A DNA stretch of 64,000 nucleotides from Chloroflexota bacterium (GCA_027593235.1 JAQCIU010000018.1:1-64000); one strand, 5' to 3'. Shown: positions 19,918-30,363, numbered from the stretch's first letter. A program made the numbers and translations. The notes: generated by a model from the sequence alone, not told the origin.

Positions 19918-20266
19918 GAAGAAGGGGCCGGGCGAAGTCCCCCCTGAGGTCGAGAGGGTCTGCGTGCTTCTAGCAGCAGTCGTCAGACGGCTCAGTGGGG
20001 CGATTGTTGTCGAGGCAGAGGAGCAGTCGGATGAGAGTCGCGATCTACCTGAGGGTGTCGTCGGAAGAGCAGACGAAAGGGCACTCGCTGGACACCCAGC
20101 GGGACGCTCTGACGGAGTGGGCAAGCCGCGAAGGCTGGGACGTCGTCGAGACATTCGAGGACGCGGGGATCAGCGCCACGAACGCCACGAAGCGTCCGGC
20201 GTTCATGAGGATGATCCAGGCTGCGAAGGAGGGTCAATTCGAGATGGTCCTCGTGAAGCGTCGTGA
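19910..20266 (+). CDS. Small ORF between primase and LSR-B, overlapping both
   Basis: TTG 19910 overlaps the primase 3' end; IEKKGPGEVPPEVERVCVLLAAVVRRL; positional counterpart of 967..1113. Confidence 0.35.
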   Translation: MIEKKGPGEVPPEVERVCVLLAAVVRRLSGAIVVEAEEQSDESRDLPEGVVGRADERALAGHPAGRSDGVGKPRRLGRRRDIRGRGDQRHERHEASGVHEDDPGCEGGSIRDGPREAS

Positions 20267-22310
20267 TCGCTTCGCGAGGAACCTGGCCGACGCGGGTGCC
20301 TACGAGCAGCTCCTCGGAGAGTGCGGCGTCCGCGTTTGGTCGCATGACGAGTCGGCAACCAACGAAGACACCCCTGCGGGCTTCTTGATGAAGGGGATGC
20401 TAGACGTCTTCGCGGCCCACTACTCAGTGGAATTGTCGAAGAAGACGGCGGATGGCTGGCGGAAGCGCGCTGAGAAGGGCCTCCCTGTTGGCGACGTCCC
20501 GTTCGGGTATCGCTCCGTGGGCCCCCAAAGCGCCCCTGAGCTGGTGTCGGACGAGGCGGAGGCAGTGTTCGAGGTCTTCAAGCGCTACGCCTCCGGCGAA
20601 GCCAGCATGGTCGACCTGGCTCAGTACCTGGATGGCCTCGATTTTCGACCCCGATCGAAGCGCGGTCTGGCTCGGTTCACTAAGGACAACGTCGGAGGGA
20701 TGCTTTCGAACCGCTTCTACGTCGGCGAGGTGGCCTACAAAGACGAATTCGTCAGCGAAGGGCAGCACGAGGCGATCATCGATGAGCAGCTCTGGGCAAG
20801 AGTCACGGAGGCCCGTCACCGCCGCGCCTCCCGACAGGGGCTATCGTCACCCGGGAAGCATCCGTACTTGCTGCGTGGAATCGGGACTTGCTCCGCCTGC
20901 TCAGCAATCCTGTGGGGGAACCGCTCGCGTCACCACCACTACTACCGTTGTGCTGGGCAACGGCGTGGAACCGGCTGCGCGAACGGTTCACGGGGAGTTC
21001 GCGCTGAGGTACTGGAAGAGAAGGTCGCTGCACTGTTCAGGGACGTGAGGATTCCCGACGACTGGCACGCTCTCGTTCGTCGGATGCTCGACGACCAGGG
21101 ATTCGACCGCGACGGCCTTGAGGCGGAACGGGCTCGGATCCAACGTCGCATCGAACGGGTCCGGGAGGCTCTCTTCGAAGGTCTCGTTGACATCGCTACC
21201 GCCCGAAACGAGTTCGGAGCCGCTCGAGTTCGTCTGAAGGAGCTCGAGCAGCTGCTGGCTGCAGACCCCCGGTCGCCAAGCCTCTCAGATGACTTCATCA
21301 ATGTACGGCGGCTTTGGCCTCACATGACGTCCGAGGAGCGTCAGGCTGTTGTCCAGGCGTCGCTCGAAGCGGTTGAAGTCGACCTCGAAGAGCAGAGGGT
21401 CGTCGGGTTCAAGCCTCGGCCCGAAATGGAGCCTCTTTTTGAGGCCCTGGAGGAGGCCGGATCGAACGTGAATAATGTTTGTGCATGGCGACCCCGAGCG
21501 GCGCAAGTCCACCCGATCCCCACGCTACCGGCCGTGCACGCCCAGGCCCTTGGGTTGCTGAGCGACCCGGCAACGTCGATCCCGCAGCTCGGCAAGGTCG
21601 TCGAGACCGATCCGGCACTGACGGTATCCGTCTTGCGGGCCGCGAACTCGGCGGCCTCGGCCCCCGTCTCGGCGATTGGCACGCCAGCCGAGGCGATCGT
21701 GCGGATTGGCCTGAACACCACGCGGAAGATCATCACCGCCGCGGTGGTCAGCGAATCGTTCAACCGGCTCGACTACGCCGGCATCGACTCCGCGGAACTC
21801 TGGCGTCACCTCTTTACGACCGCCCTTGTCGCGGATGCGTCCGCCTGGGGCGCCGAGCAACGCTCGACCGCCTTCACCGCCGGACTGCTCCACCTGATCG
21901 GCCGCATGGCGATGGCGCAGTCCGATCCGCAGCGCTACACGCAGGTCGCTGCAATCGCCCGCACCGGCCGCTCCGTCCTCGACTCCGAAGCCAGCGTCTT
22001 CGGCTACGACAGCCAGTCCTGGGGCGTCGAGGTCGCACGTGCCTGGGACGTGCCGGACGAGATCGTCGAGGCCATTGGTGGCTTCTCCGACGGTTCGCTT
22101 GGCCCGCTCGCCTGGGTTGCCTGGAACGGCCGTCGCGTCGCCGCGGCGCTCGGCATCGGCGACGGCGTGCACGCCGCGGAACAGATGGACATCTACGGCG
22201 AACTGGCTCCCGAGGATGACCAGCTACTCAACGGCCTCGGCGGCGCCGAATCGCTGCTGAAGCAAGCGGATTGGATGCTCGGCTCGGTGACCAAGGCGCG
22301 CGCTGCGTAG
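20031..22310 (+). CDS. Large serine recombinase B fused in frame to an HDOD domain (759 aa)
   Basis: RBS GAGGAG; YLRVSSEEQ, DRFARN, PFGY, CSAC..YYRC Zn ribbon, coiled coil; after WRPRA at the att core, IPTLP...DPALTVSVLRAANS...LWRH...AFTAGLLHLIG. Confidence 0.93.
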   Translation: MRVAIYLRVSSEEQTKGHSLDTQRDALTEWASREGWDVVETFEDAGISATNATKRPAFMRMIQAAKEGQFEMVLVKRRDRFARNLADAGAYEQLLGECGVRVWSHDESATNEDTPAGFLMKGMLDVFAAHYSVELSKKTADGWRKRAEKGLPVGDVPFGYRSVGPQSAPELVSDEAEAVFEVFKRYASGEASMVDLAQYLDGLDFRPRSKRGLARFTKDNVGGMLSNRFYVGEVAYKDEFVSEGQHEAIIDEQLWARVTEARHRRASRQGLSSPGKHPYLLRGIGTCSACSAILWGNRSRHHHYYRCAGQRRGTGCANGSRGVRAEVLEEKVAALFRDVRIPDDWHALVRRMLDDQGFDRDGLEAERARIQRRIERVREALFEGLVDIATARNEFGAARVRLKELEQLLAADPRSPSLSDDFINVRRLWPHMTSEERQAVVQASLEAVEVDLEEQRVVGFKPRPEMEPLFEALEEAGSNVNNVCAWRPRAAQVHPIPTLPAVHAQALGLLSDPATSIPQLGKVVETDPALTVSVLRAANSAASAPVSAIGTPAEAIVRIGLNTTRKIITAAVVSESFNRLDYAGIDSAELWRHLFTTALVADASAWGAEQRSTAFTAGLLHLIGRMAMAQSDPQRYTQVAAIARTGRSVLDSEASVFGYDSQSWGVEVARAWDVPDEIVEAIGGFSDGSLGPLAWVAWNGRRVAAALGIGDGVHAAEQMDIYGELAPEDDQLLNGLGGAESLLKQADWMLGSVTKARAA
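21485..21501 (+). repeat. Right attachment-site core of element B (inside the LSR ORF)
   Basis: Exact 17-bp copy of 10680-10696 at the recombinase/HDOD junction. Confidence 0.85.
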
Positions 22311-22335
22311 CCTCCACCGGCGTCTAGACACAGCA

Positions 22336-22359
22336 CGGGCGCGTCGAAAGACGCGCCCG
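22336..22359 (+). terminator. Intrinsic terminator hairpin
   Basis: cgggcgcgtc-gaaa-gacgcgcccg between convergent genes. Confidence 0.75.
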
Positions 22360-22397
22360 CTCTGTTTGGCTCGCGAGCGTTGAGTGGTGGCGACCGC

Positions 22398-23150
22398 CTA
22401 CCACTGACCGCCGATGCCACCACGACCGGAGAAGAAGCCGACCGGCCAGTTGCGGCCGGTGATCATCATCCGATCGATCTCCTGCTCGGTGGCGATGCCA
22501 TCCTCGACCAGCTTCACCGCCTCACGCCGCGCGGCCCCGAAGATGCGGTTCACGATGAAGCCGTAGCTGCCCGGCATGTCCTTCACCTGGCCGGTGACCT
22601 TCCCAGCCTTCTCGCCCACCTTCGTTACCGTGTCGGCCGTCTCGGCCGTGGTGTGCGTCGTTGAGACGACCTCGACCGCCTTCATCACCGGCACCGGGTT
22701 GAAGAAATGCATCCCGGCGAACAGCTGCTTGCGGGACTCCAGCACGTTCGCCGCCAGCTCTTCGATCACGAACCCGGAGGTGTTGCTGGTGAAGATCGCT
22801 TCCGGCTTGATGATCTCGTCCAGCTCCTGGAAGACCTGCTGCTTCAGCTCGAGCTTCTCTGGCACCGCCTCGATCACCATGTCGACGTCCGCGAGGTCCT
22901 GCAGGTTGGTTGTGAAGCTGACCCGCGCCATCGCCTCGTTGCACTGATCGAAGCCAAGCTTGCCGACCTCGACGGAGCGCTTCATGCCCCACTTGCTTTC
23001 GAACATCGAGTCCTTCGTGGCCTCGATGATCTCGTCGTTGAGATCGCGGACGATCACCTGGAATCCGCCGATCGCCATCACCTGAGCGATCCCGCCGCCC
23101 ATCACGCCGCCACCGACGACGCCGATCTTCTTCACGTCCTCGAACTTCAT
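22398..23150 (-). CDS. 3-hydroxyacyl-CoA dehydrogenase family protein
   Basis: GGGVMGGGIA, IEAVPE, SNTS, GMHFFNP, GFIVNR. Confidence 0.93.
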   Translation of the reverse strand: MKFEDVKKIGVVGGGVMGGGIAQVMAIGGFQVIVRDLNDEIIEATKDSMFESKWGMKRSVEVGKLGFDQCNEAMARVSFTTNLQDLADVDMVIEAVPEKLELKQQVFQELDEIIKPEAIFTSNTSGFVIEELAANVLESRKQLFAGMHFFNPVPVMKAVEVVSTTHTTAETADTVTKVGEKAGKVTGQVKDMPGSYGFIVNRIFGAARREAVKLVEDGIATEQEIDRMMITGRNWPVGFFSGRGGIGGQW

Positions 23151-23225
23151 GCTGGGTCCTTTCGCTTTCGAGCGGTCAGCCCGCTTCGAGTGCCTGCTAC
23201 TTCGTTCATCTACCGGGTCCGCTTG

Positions 23226-23969
23226 TTAGAGGTATCGCTCCAGGAATTCGGCCTGGACCTCGAACGCCTCCGGGCCGTTGTCCACGTGGAGCCCGGGGTA
23301 GGCGTGCAGTCGCTTGTCCTCCGACCCGATCCGGTCGAAGAGATCGAGTTGCCCGTCTCGCTCGAAGCGTTCGTCGTCCCACTGGATCGTGAACAAGACG
23401 GGGATATCGACGTTCGGCGCGTGCTTCTCGAAATGCGGCGCAATGCCGCTGCGGTCGACGCTCGAGCCGGTCATCCCCGCCTTGCCCAACACGGCGACGA
23501 CGATCCGATCGTCGTTCGCGACGTACGGGAGCCCGAACATCGTGCCCATCGACAGCCCCCAGTAGCCGATGCGTGCGCTATCAACCTCGCCAAGCTTCGA
23601 CAGCGCATCGAGGGTGGCGCGCCAATCCTCGATCGTCGATTCCACGATGCCGTCGCGTTGCCACATCGCGCGGTACTCGGGATCGGTGGCGTCGGTGATC
23701 GAGCCGCGTCCGCCGTGGTCCGGGCCATCGATGGCCGCCGCGCACCAGCCGTAGTCGCCGGCGAACATCTGACCGAGTTGGAGCATCCGCTCGTTGCGCT
23801 TGTGCCCACTGCCGCCGTGTCCCATCAGGATCAACGGCTGCGCGCCGCGGATGCCTTCCGGGTACCAGAAGACGCCGGGGATCGTGTCACCGTCCCGCAA
23901 GATTTTGAAACCGCGTTCCCGCGATCCGGACGCGCTTGCGGAGTCCTCGGTCCAGCGAATCTCAGCCAT
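23226..23969 (-). CDS. Alpha/beta hydrolase (dienelactone-hydrolase-like)
   Basis: GHGGSGHK, GYWGLSMG nucleophile elbow, HAYPGLH. Confidence 0.88.
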   Translation of the reverse strand: MAEIRWTEDSASASGSRERGFKILRDGDTIPGVFWYPEGIRGAQPLILMGHGGSGHKRNERMLQLGQMFAGDYGWCAAAIDGPDHGGRGSITDATDPEYRAMWQRDGIVESTIEDWRATLDALSKLGEVDSARIGYWGLSMGTMFGLPYVANDDRIVVAVLGKAGMTGSSVDRSGIAPHFEKHAPNVDIPVLFTIQWDDERFERDGQLDLFDRIGSEDKRLHAYPGLHVDNGPEAFEVQAEFLERYL

Positions 23970-24090
23970 ATGCCCGCCTCTCCGGTCCGCGATCAGCGCG
24001 GAGCAAGCGCAGCGTGCGTGTGTCCGGGCGTGCTGTCCAGACCGCGAAGGCAGCGCCGCCCGCCGAGGAGTGCGCGACGGCGCGCTTCCG

Positions 24091-25353
24091 CTACTCGTTG
24101 CGGAGCGCCGCGATCGGGTCGACCGAGGTGGCGCGGACCGCCGGATAGATGCCGCTGACGAGGCCGACCCCAGCCGCGACGGCAAAGGCGAGCACGATGC
24201 TCCAGAGCTGCACGACGGTCGTCATCTCCTGACCGCCGACCTCGCGCCCCCCGAGGCCAATCGAGATGCCGACACCGAGGACGATGCCAACGACGCCACC
24301 AGCCGTGCAGAGCAGCAACGCCTCCGTCACGAACTGCTTCACGATGTCGCTCGCCTGCGCGCCCACCGCGCGGCGAATGCCGATCTCACGCGTTCGTTCG
24401 GTGACGGAGACCAGCATGATGTTCATCACGCCGATCCCACCGACGACCAGCGAGATCCCCGCGATGCTGCCAAGCAGCAGCGACAGTGTGTTGCTGACGG
24501 AGGAGGCGGCGCTGATCAGATCGTCCTGGCTCTGGATGGTGAAGTCCGCCTCGGCCACCCCGTGTTTGAAAAGCAGCACGTCGCTGATTAGCTGCTTCGT
24601 CAGCTCCTGATCGGTCCCCGGTGTGGTCTTCACCGTGATCTGGCTGACCGGAACGTCGCCGCCGCTCCCTCGCAGGAACTGCAGGCGGCTCAGCAGCGAC
24701 GTTACCGGTACGTAGGCCTGCGCATCGAACTCGGACCCATCCGCACCGCCGCGCGCGAGCATCACGCCGACGACCGTGAACTCGAAGGTGACGCGCCCGC
24801 CGGCGAGCGAGATACGGACGCTCTCGCCGATCGGATCCGCTTCGCCGAACAGTTCGCTCGCGGCGGTCGCTCCGAGGACGATCGTCAGTTCGCTCTCGGT
24901 CACGTCGGTCGAGCTGAAGAAGGCGCCGCTCGCAACCGCGGCATCGCGGACGAACGGCCACTCCGCGGTGGTGCCGACGATCGTGGCCCCGACGTTCTCC
25001 GCGCCGGCGACGAGTTGCGCCTCGAGCGTTAGCTCACCGGCGAGGTCGGTGACGCCGGGCACGCCAGCCGCCGCGATCGCGTCGACGTCGCTCAGCACCA
25101 ACGTGTTCGCCGAGCCCGGTCCCCCCTGCGTCCCGGTCGCCGTGTCCGTCGAGGTGCCCGGTTCGATGAAGACGAGGTCGGTGCCCAGTCCCTGGATCTG
25201 GTCGGTGATCCCCTTCTGCGTGCCTTGGCCGACGGCGATAAGCACGATCACCGAGGAGACCCCGATGATCAGGCCGAGCGCGGTGAGGCCGCTGCGCAGC
25301 CGGTTGCCACCGATCGCACGCAGCGCGATCGCGGCCGCATCGAGGATGCTCAC
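24091..25353 (-). CDS. ABC transporter permease (MacB/FtsX family)
   Basis: ISLVVGGIGVMNIMLVSVTERTREIGIRRAVGA. Confidence 0.95.
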   Translation of the reverse strand: MSILDAAAIALRAIGGNRLRSGLTALGLIIGVSSVIVLIAVGQGTQKGITDQIQGLGTDLVFIEPGTSTDTATGTQGGPGSANTLVLSDVDAIAAAGVPGVTDLAGELTLEAQLVAGAENVGATIVGTTAEWPFVRDAAVASGAFFSSTDVTESELTIVLGATAASELFGEADPIGESVRISLAGGRVTFEFTVVGVMLARGGADGSEFDAQAYVPVTSLLSRLQFLRGSGGDVPVSQITVKTTPGTDQELTKQLISDVLLFKHGVAEADFTIQSQDDLISAASSVSNTLSLLLGSIAGISLVVGGIGVMNIMLVSVTERTREIGIRRAVGAQASDIVKQFVTEALLLCTAGGVVGIVLGVGISIGLGGREVGGQEMTTVVQLWSIVLAFAVAAGVGLVSGIYPAVRATSVDPIAALRNE

Positions 25354-26072
25354 GCCGGCACCTCGCGGCTGATCGTCCGCGCCGCTGGCCCCGCCGGCGC
25401 CGCGCGCCCCGTGTCTTCGATGATCGCGCCATCGCGCATGCGGATCGTCCGCTGCGCGTGGTCCGCCACCTCTTGTTCGTGGGTGACGAGGATGACGGTG
25501 ATGCCCTGATCCTCGACGAGCCGGGTCAGCAGTGCCATCACCTCCTCGCCGGTGCGGGTATCGAGGGCGCCCGTCGGTTCGTCGGCGAGCACGAGCCGCG
25601 GGTTCACCACCAGGCTGCGCGCGATCGCGACGCGTTGTTGTTCACCGCCCGACAGTTCGCTGGGACGGTGGTGGATCCGATCGCGCAGGCCGACGCGGAT
25701 CAGCGCCTCGGCGGCGCGGCGGCGGCGGTTGGGCACCTGCTGGTAGACAAGCGGTAACTCGACCTGTTCCAGCGCCGTCATCCGTGGCAGCAGGTTGTAG
25801 GACTGGAACACGAACCCGAACACCCGTCCGCGCAGCCGCGCGCGGTCGCGGTCCGGAAGCCGGCCAACCTCGATTCCCTCGAAGCGGTAGTCCCCGGCGG
25901 AGGGGCGGTCCAGGCACCCGATGATGTTCATCACCGTGCTCTTGCCGGATCCGGATGGCCCCATGATCGCGACGTACTCGCCGTGCCCGATCTCGAGGTC
26001 GACGCCGGCCAGTGCGGTCACGAGGCTGGTCTCGCGGCCGTAGGTGCGGGTCACGCCGTCGAGCCGGATCAC
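25350..26072 (-). CDS. ABC transporter ATP-binding protein (LolD/MacB-like)
   Basis: [26 protein letters not shown]; GTGA overlap. Confidence 0.95.
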   Translation of the reverse strand: MIRLDGVTRTYGRETSLVTALAGVDLEIGHGEYVAIMGPSGSGKSTVMNIIGCLDRPSAGDYRFEGIEVGRLPDRDRARLRGRVFGFVFQSYNLLPRMTALEQVELPLVYQQVPNRRRRAAEALIRVGLRDRIHHRPSELSGGEQQRVAIARSLVVNPRLVLADEPTGALDTRTGEEVMALLTRLVEDQGITVILVTHEQEVADHAQRTIRMRDGAIIEDTGRAAPAGPAARTISREVPA

Positions 26073-28354
26073 TGGGCGCCGCCCGGCGCGACGAAGCCGC
26101 CGCCTCCGCCAGCGAATCCACCGGGGCCAAACTGCTGGCCGGCCGCGGCCGTTGCCTGGGTGACATCGACGTTCGCGAGCGAAAACTCCTCCGTCGCAGG
26201 AGCGCTCGCGTTCAACCACACGGTGTCGCCCGCTTCGAGCCCGGAGACCACCTCGACGTTCGCGCCACTGCTGTCGCCGGTGACGACGACCCGCCGCTCA
26301 AAAGCGCCCTCGGCGTTTTCGACGATCACGTAGGAGGTGCCGCCCTGCGACCGCACGGCGACGCTCGGCACGAGCAGCACGCCGTCACGGACGCCGAGCA
26401 GTACCTCGACGCTGCCGCTCATGCCGGCGAGCGGCAGTTGGCGGTCGGGGTTCGCGAGGGCGCCTGCGCCCGCTCCGCCCTGCCCCGGTGCACCGCCAGT
26501 GGCGAGCCGATCCGCGAAGCCCGCTGGCAACTCGAAGCCTTCGGGCAGCACGACGCCATCGGGCAGCGCCTCCCCGGCCGAGAGGGCGGCGAACACCTCC
26601 TGGATCGTCACGCCGTCTGGCAACTCGATACCCGCGAGGAGTCCACCTGCCCCACCCGGACCGCCGCCCGCCGCTCCCCTGCCGTCGCTGGCGGCGCCGG
26701 CGCCCCCGAGGCCCGCGGCGCCACCGAGACCAACGAAGCCACCGGCGGCGCCGCTCGTGAGCGATTGGAGGTCCGCTGCCACCTCCGGGATCTCGTCGAT
26801 CTCGAGGATCACCGCGGCGACTGCGTAGGTGACGACGCCCTGCGAGACGCTGGGGATCGTGCTCACACTGGTGATGCGGACCGGGAACTGCGTGTCGCCG
26901 ACCGCGCTGAACGTCGCGAGGCCGATCTGTCCGACTTCGAGATCGAGTACCTCCGCCTCGGAGACCGTGAGCTCGATCGTCATCCGCTCCGGGGTGCTGA
27001 TGGCGATCGCGACCGTGTTGGTTCCAACGGAGTCGCCGACGGCGATGTTCACCGCACCGACAACACCGTCGAATGGTGCGATCACCCGCGCGTCGTCCAG
27101 ACCCTCGCGCGCTCGTTCGAGTCCGATCTCGGCAAGCCGCACGCTCTGCTGCTGCCGCTCGAGGTCGCTGACATCAGCGCCGCCGACGAGTTCGGCGTAC
27201 CGCGCCTGCGCGCTGGTGAGGTTCGCGCGGGCGGTGGAGGCGCTGGCTTCCGCCTGGTTCACGGCGGTGTCGGTCGCGGGTGCGCGGAGATCCTGCAGGC
27301 GGCTCACGGCGATCTCGTAGTTGGCCCGCGCGGACTCGAGTGTCTGGTTCGCGCGGAACCAGTCACTCGCATCCGGTCCGCCCTCGGTCGAGGCGAGTTT
27401 GTCTTCGGCCTGCGCGAGCGCGGCAGCGGCGGACTCCTCGGCCGCCACCGCGGAGAGGTAGCGAGCGTTGCTCTCGAGGAACGCCTCCCCGTTGGCGACG
27501 AAGGAGTCTTCGCCGTCGGTCAGCGATGCGCGGACACGCGCACTATCGCCTTCGCGGAGCGGGAGCAGCGTCTTCGAGCAGAGCCCGCTGACGTGCCCTT
27601 CCCAGGAGCAGTAGCGGATCTGATCCGCGATCGCGGTGTCCCGTGCCGTGCTCGCCTCATTGGCGGCGCTGTTCAGCTGCGCCTGCGCCTGGGTCACCGT
27701 GGCGCCGGCGCTTGCCAGCTCCGCAGCCGTTGCGGGATCGGAGAGCGCGTTGACGGCATCCTCCGCGCTGGACACCTGCGAGAGCGCCGTCTGGACCGTG
27801 GTCGTGGCGCTGAGGATGTCCGCGCTCGTCGCGCCGCCCAACAGCTCATCGAGGCCGTCATCCGCGGAGAGGACCTGCGCCTGCGCGCTGGAGACCGAGG
27901 CGAGCGCGGCGGCGAGGTCTGCCGTCGCCGGATCCTCGAGCAGCGTGGCAAACGCGGCCTGCGCCTGGTCGAGCGAGATCTGCGCCGTCTCCACCTGGCG
28001 CGCGGCCTCGCTGTCATCGATGGTCGCAAGGACATCGCCGGCGCTGACCACGTCGCCGACGGAGACGCTGACCGCCGTCACCACACCGCTGCTCCCGAAC
28101 GACAGATCGGCAGCCTGGGCGGCGGCGGCCGTCCCGGAGAGCGCGGTGGTGCTGGTCACCGTGCCGACCGTCGCCTCTGTCGGCTCCGGTTCTACCGACG
28201 CCACTGTCTCGCCGCCGGCCGTCAGCACGTAGGCGATCAGCGCCACCACGAGGACCAACGCGATCGCGGCCGCCCACGGAGCGAAGCGCCGCCACTCCTA
28301 TCCGCCGCCGAGCAGCGCATCCAGCTCGGCGGCCGTGGGATCGTGTGTCGTCAT
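26069..28354 (-). CDS. Efflux periplasmic adaptor (MacA/HlyD-like) with an in-frame TAG at codon 19
   Basis: Lipoyl halves GDVVSAGDVLA / APFDGVV and a long coiled coil; RBS plus ATG 28354 MTTHDPTAAELDALLGGG*EWRRFAPWAAAIALVLVV. Confidence 0.88.
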
Positions 28355-28397
28355 ACCTCGTCCTCTCGCGTGTGGGCCGAGGACGAAGCTAGGTATC

Positions 28398-28444
28398 GGC
28401 GCATAAGACGGCGGTAAGCACGAACGCCCGCCGCTTATGCGCCG
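28398..28444. promoter_or_regulatory. Inverted repeat in the divergent promoter region (candidate response-regulator site)
   Basis: cggcgcataag ... cttatgcgccg, perfect 11-bp arms. Confidence 0.5.
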
Positions 28445-28486
28445 CTGACACCTGCTCGGCTAGCCTCGATGGCGGAGGATCGAGCG

Positions 28487-29140
28487 ATGCGCATCCTGGT
28501 GGTCGAGGACGAGGCCGATCTGGCGAACGCGGTCGCGCGCGGGCTGCGCCGTGAGGGCTTCGCGGTCGACATCGCCGGTGACGGTGGCAGCGCCCTCGAG
28601 AAAGCCTCGATCAACGACTACGACGTGATCCTCCTCGATCGCGATCTGCCGCGCATGCACGGCGACGACGTCTGTACCGAGCTGCGGGCGGCAGGCGACG
28701 GCGCGCGGATCCTCATGCTCACCGCTGCGGCGTCGGTTCGTGACCGCGTGCAGGGGCTGGACCTCGGCGCGGACGACTACCTCGGCAAGCCGTTCGACTT
28801 CGAGGAGTTGAAGGCGCGCATCCGGGCGCTCGGCCGGCGGGTCGGTGTCACGCGCGCGCCGTCGTTGGAGCGCGCCGGGATCGTGCTTGATTCGGCGTCG
28901 CGACTGGTCACGCGCGATGGGCGCCCGCTCGAGCTGACGCCGAAGGAGTTCGCGGTGCTGCGGATCCTCCTCGAGGCCGACGGTGCGGTCGTCAGCCTCG
29001 AGGACCTCTTGGAGCGCGCCTGGGACGAGCAGGCGAACCCGTTCACCAACTCGGTGCGGATGACGATCGTCACGTTGCGGCGTCGGCTCGGGGACCCACC
29101 GGTGATCGAGACGGTCGTCGGCGCCGGATACCGGCTATGA
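28487..29140 (+). CDS. OmpR-family response regulator
   Basis: MRILVVEDE, LLDRDLP, GADDYLGKPF, winged helix ETVVGAGYRL. Confidence 0.95.
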   Translation: MRILVVEDEADLANAVARGLRREGFAVDIAGDGGSALEKASINDYDVILLDRDLPRMHGDDVCTELRAAGDGARILMLTAAASVRDRVQGLDLGADDYLGKPFDFEELKARIRALGRRVGVTRAPSLERAGIVLDSASRLVTRDGRPLELTPKEFAVLRILLEADGAVVSLEDLLERAWDEQANPFTNSVRMTIVTLRRRLGDPPVIETVVGAGYRL

Positions 29141-30363
29141 CCGCCCTGCTGGGGCGGCGGCGGTGGAGTATCCGTCTGCGTCTGACGCTCTGGTACGGCG
29201 CACTCTTCCTCGTTGCCGGCTTCATGCTGCTGGCGATCAACTACTTCCTCATCGAGCGGAGCTACCCCACCGGGCGTAACGAGGTGCGCATCTCGGCGGT
29301 CGAGCGTCTCGGGCTCCCCGTCACCGTGCTGAACCCGGACCGCGAGCTGTTCCAGCCGCCCCCCGACTTTCGAGGCGACCGCGGCCGTGGCTTCGGCTTC
29401 GTCGAGGTCTTCGATGGCATCGCGCTCGAGTTGCGCCACGAGGCGCTCAAAGAGCTGCTCATCCAGTCCAGCCTCGCGCTCGGCATGATGGCGTTCGTGT
29501 CCGTGGGGCTCGGCTGGTTCGTCGCTGGCCGGATGTTGCAGCCGGTGCACGCGATCTCGGCGACCGTCCGCGAGATCTCCGATCAGCAGCTGGATCGTCG
29601 GATCGAGGTCGGCGGCCCGCACGACGAGCTGTCGGAACTCGCCGATCAGTTCAACGTGATGCTTGATCGGCTGCAAACAGCGTTCGAGGGCCAACGTGAG
29701 TTCGTCTCGAACGCGGCGCACGAGCTGCGCACGCCGCTGGCGATCATGCGCGCGGAACTCGACGTTGCTGAGCCCGAGGCTTCCGAGGCCGAGCGCGCCG
29801 AAAGCAGCGCGGTCCTGCGTCGCGCCGTCGGTCGCTCCGAGGAACTGATCGATCGGTTGCTGATCCTCGCGCGTGCCGATGCGGGTGTGGATACCGCGGA
29901 GCCGGTCGCGCTCGCCACGCTCGTCGAGGCCGCGCTCGCCGACATGGCGCCCGCGGCCGCGGCGCGTGGCCTCGACGTCCACGTGACGCCAGCGGATATC
30001 GAGGTGCGCGGCGACCGAGTGCTCCTCGGACGCATGGTGGCGAACCTGATCGAGAACGCTGTGCTCTACAACCGCGACGGAGGCGCGGTCGCAGTCGCGG
30101 TGATGTCGGACGCGGCCGGGACGCGCCTCGAAGTGTCGAACGATGGCCCGGCGATCGACGAGGCCGAGGTCGAGCGGCTGTTCGCGCGCTTCGCCCGCGG
30201 GGAGCGGTCACGTTCCCGCGAGACCGGTGGCACCGGGCTCGGTCTGGCGATCGTGCGCGCGATCGCCGGCGCGCACGGCGCCTCGGTGCGTGCAGTCCCT
30301 CGACCGCAGGGTGGGCTGACGGTGACCGTCACTTGGCCCGTGGAAGACCCCGCCGGCCACTAG
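29137..30363 (+). CDS. HAMP sensor histidine kinase
   Basis: Two TMs, AAHELRTPL, NLIENA, GGTGLGLAI. Confidence 0.95.
   Translation: MTALLGRRRWSIRLRLTLWYGALFLVAGFMLLAINYFLIERSYPTGRNEVRISAVERLGLPVTVLNPDRELFQPPPDFRGDRGRGFGFVEVFDGIALELRHEALKELLIQSSLALGMMAFVSVGLGWFVAGRMLQPVHAISATVREISDQQLDRRIEVGGPHDELSELADQFNVMLDRLQTAFEGQREFVSNAAHELRTPLAIMRAELDVAEPEASEAERAESSAVLRRAVGRSEELIDRLLILARADAGVDTAEPVALATLVEAALADMAPAAAARGLDVHVTPADIEVRGDRVLLGRMVANLIENAVLYNRDGGAVAVAVMSDAAGTRLEVSNDGPAIDEAEVERLFARFARGERSRSRETGGTGLGLAIVRAIAGAHGASVRAVPRPQGGLTVTVTWPVEDPAGH

Noticed and set aside
21479-22219. ORF beginning near the ATG in the att core as the HDOD start
   Set aside because: Different frame from the HDOD motifs; Arg/Pro-rich shadow translation
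26012-28417. Long antisense or alternate-frame ORFs (801 aa here; also 22707..24158, 43037..44761, 60826..62289 and the 5' part of 54032..55741)
   Set aside because: They overlap well-supported genes and are typical stop-poor shadows in high-GC DNA
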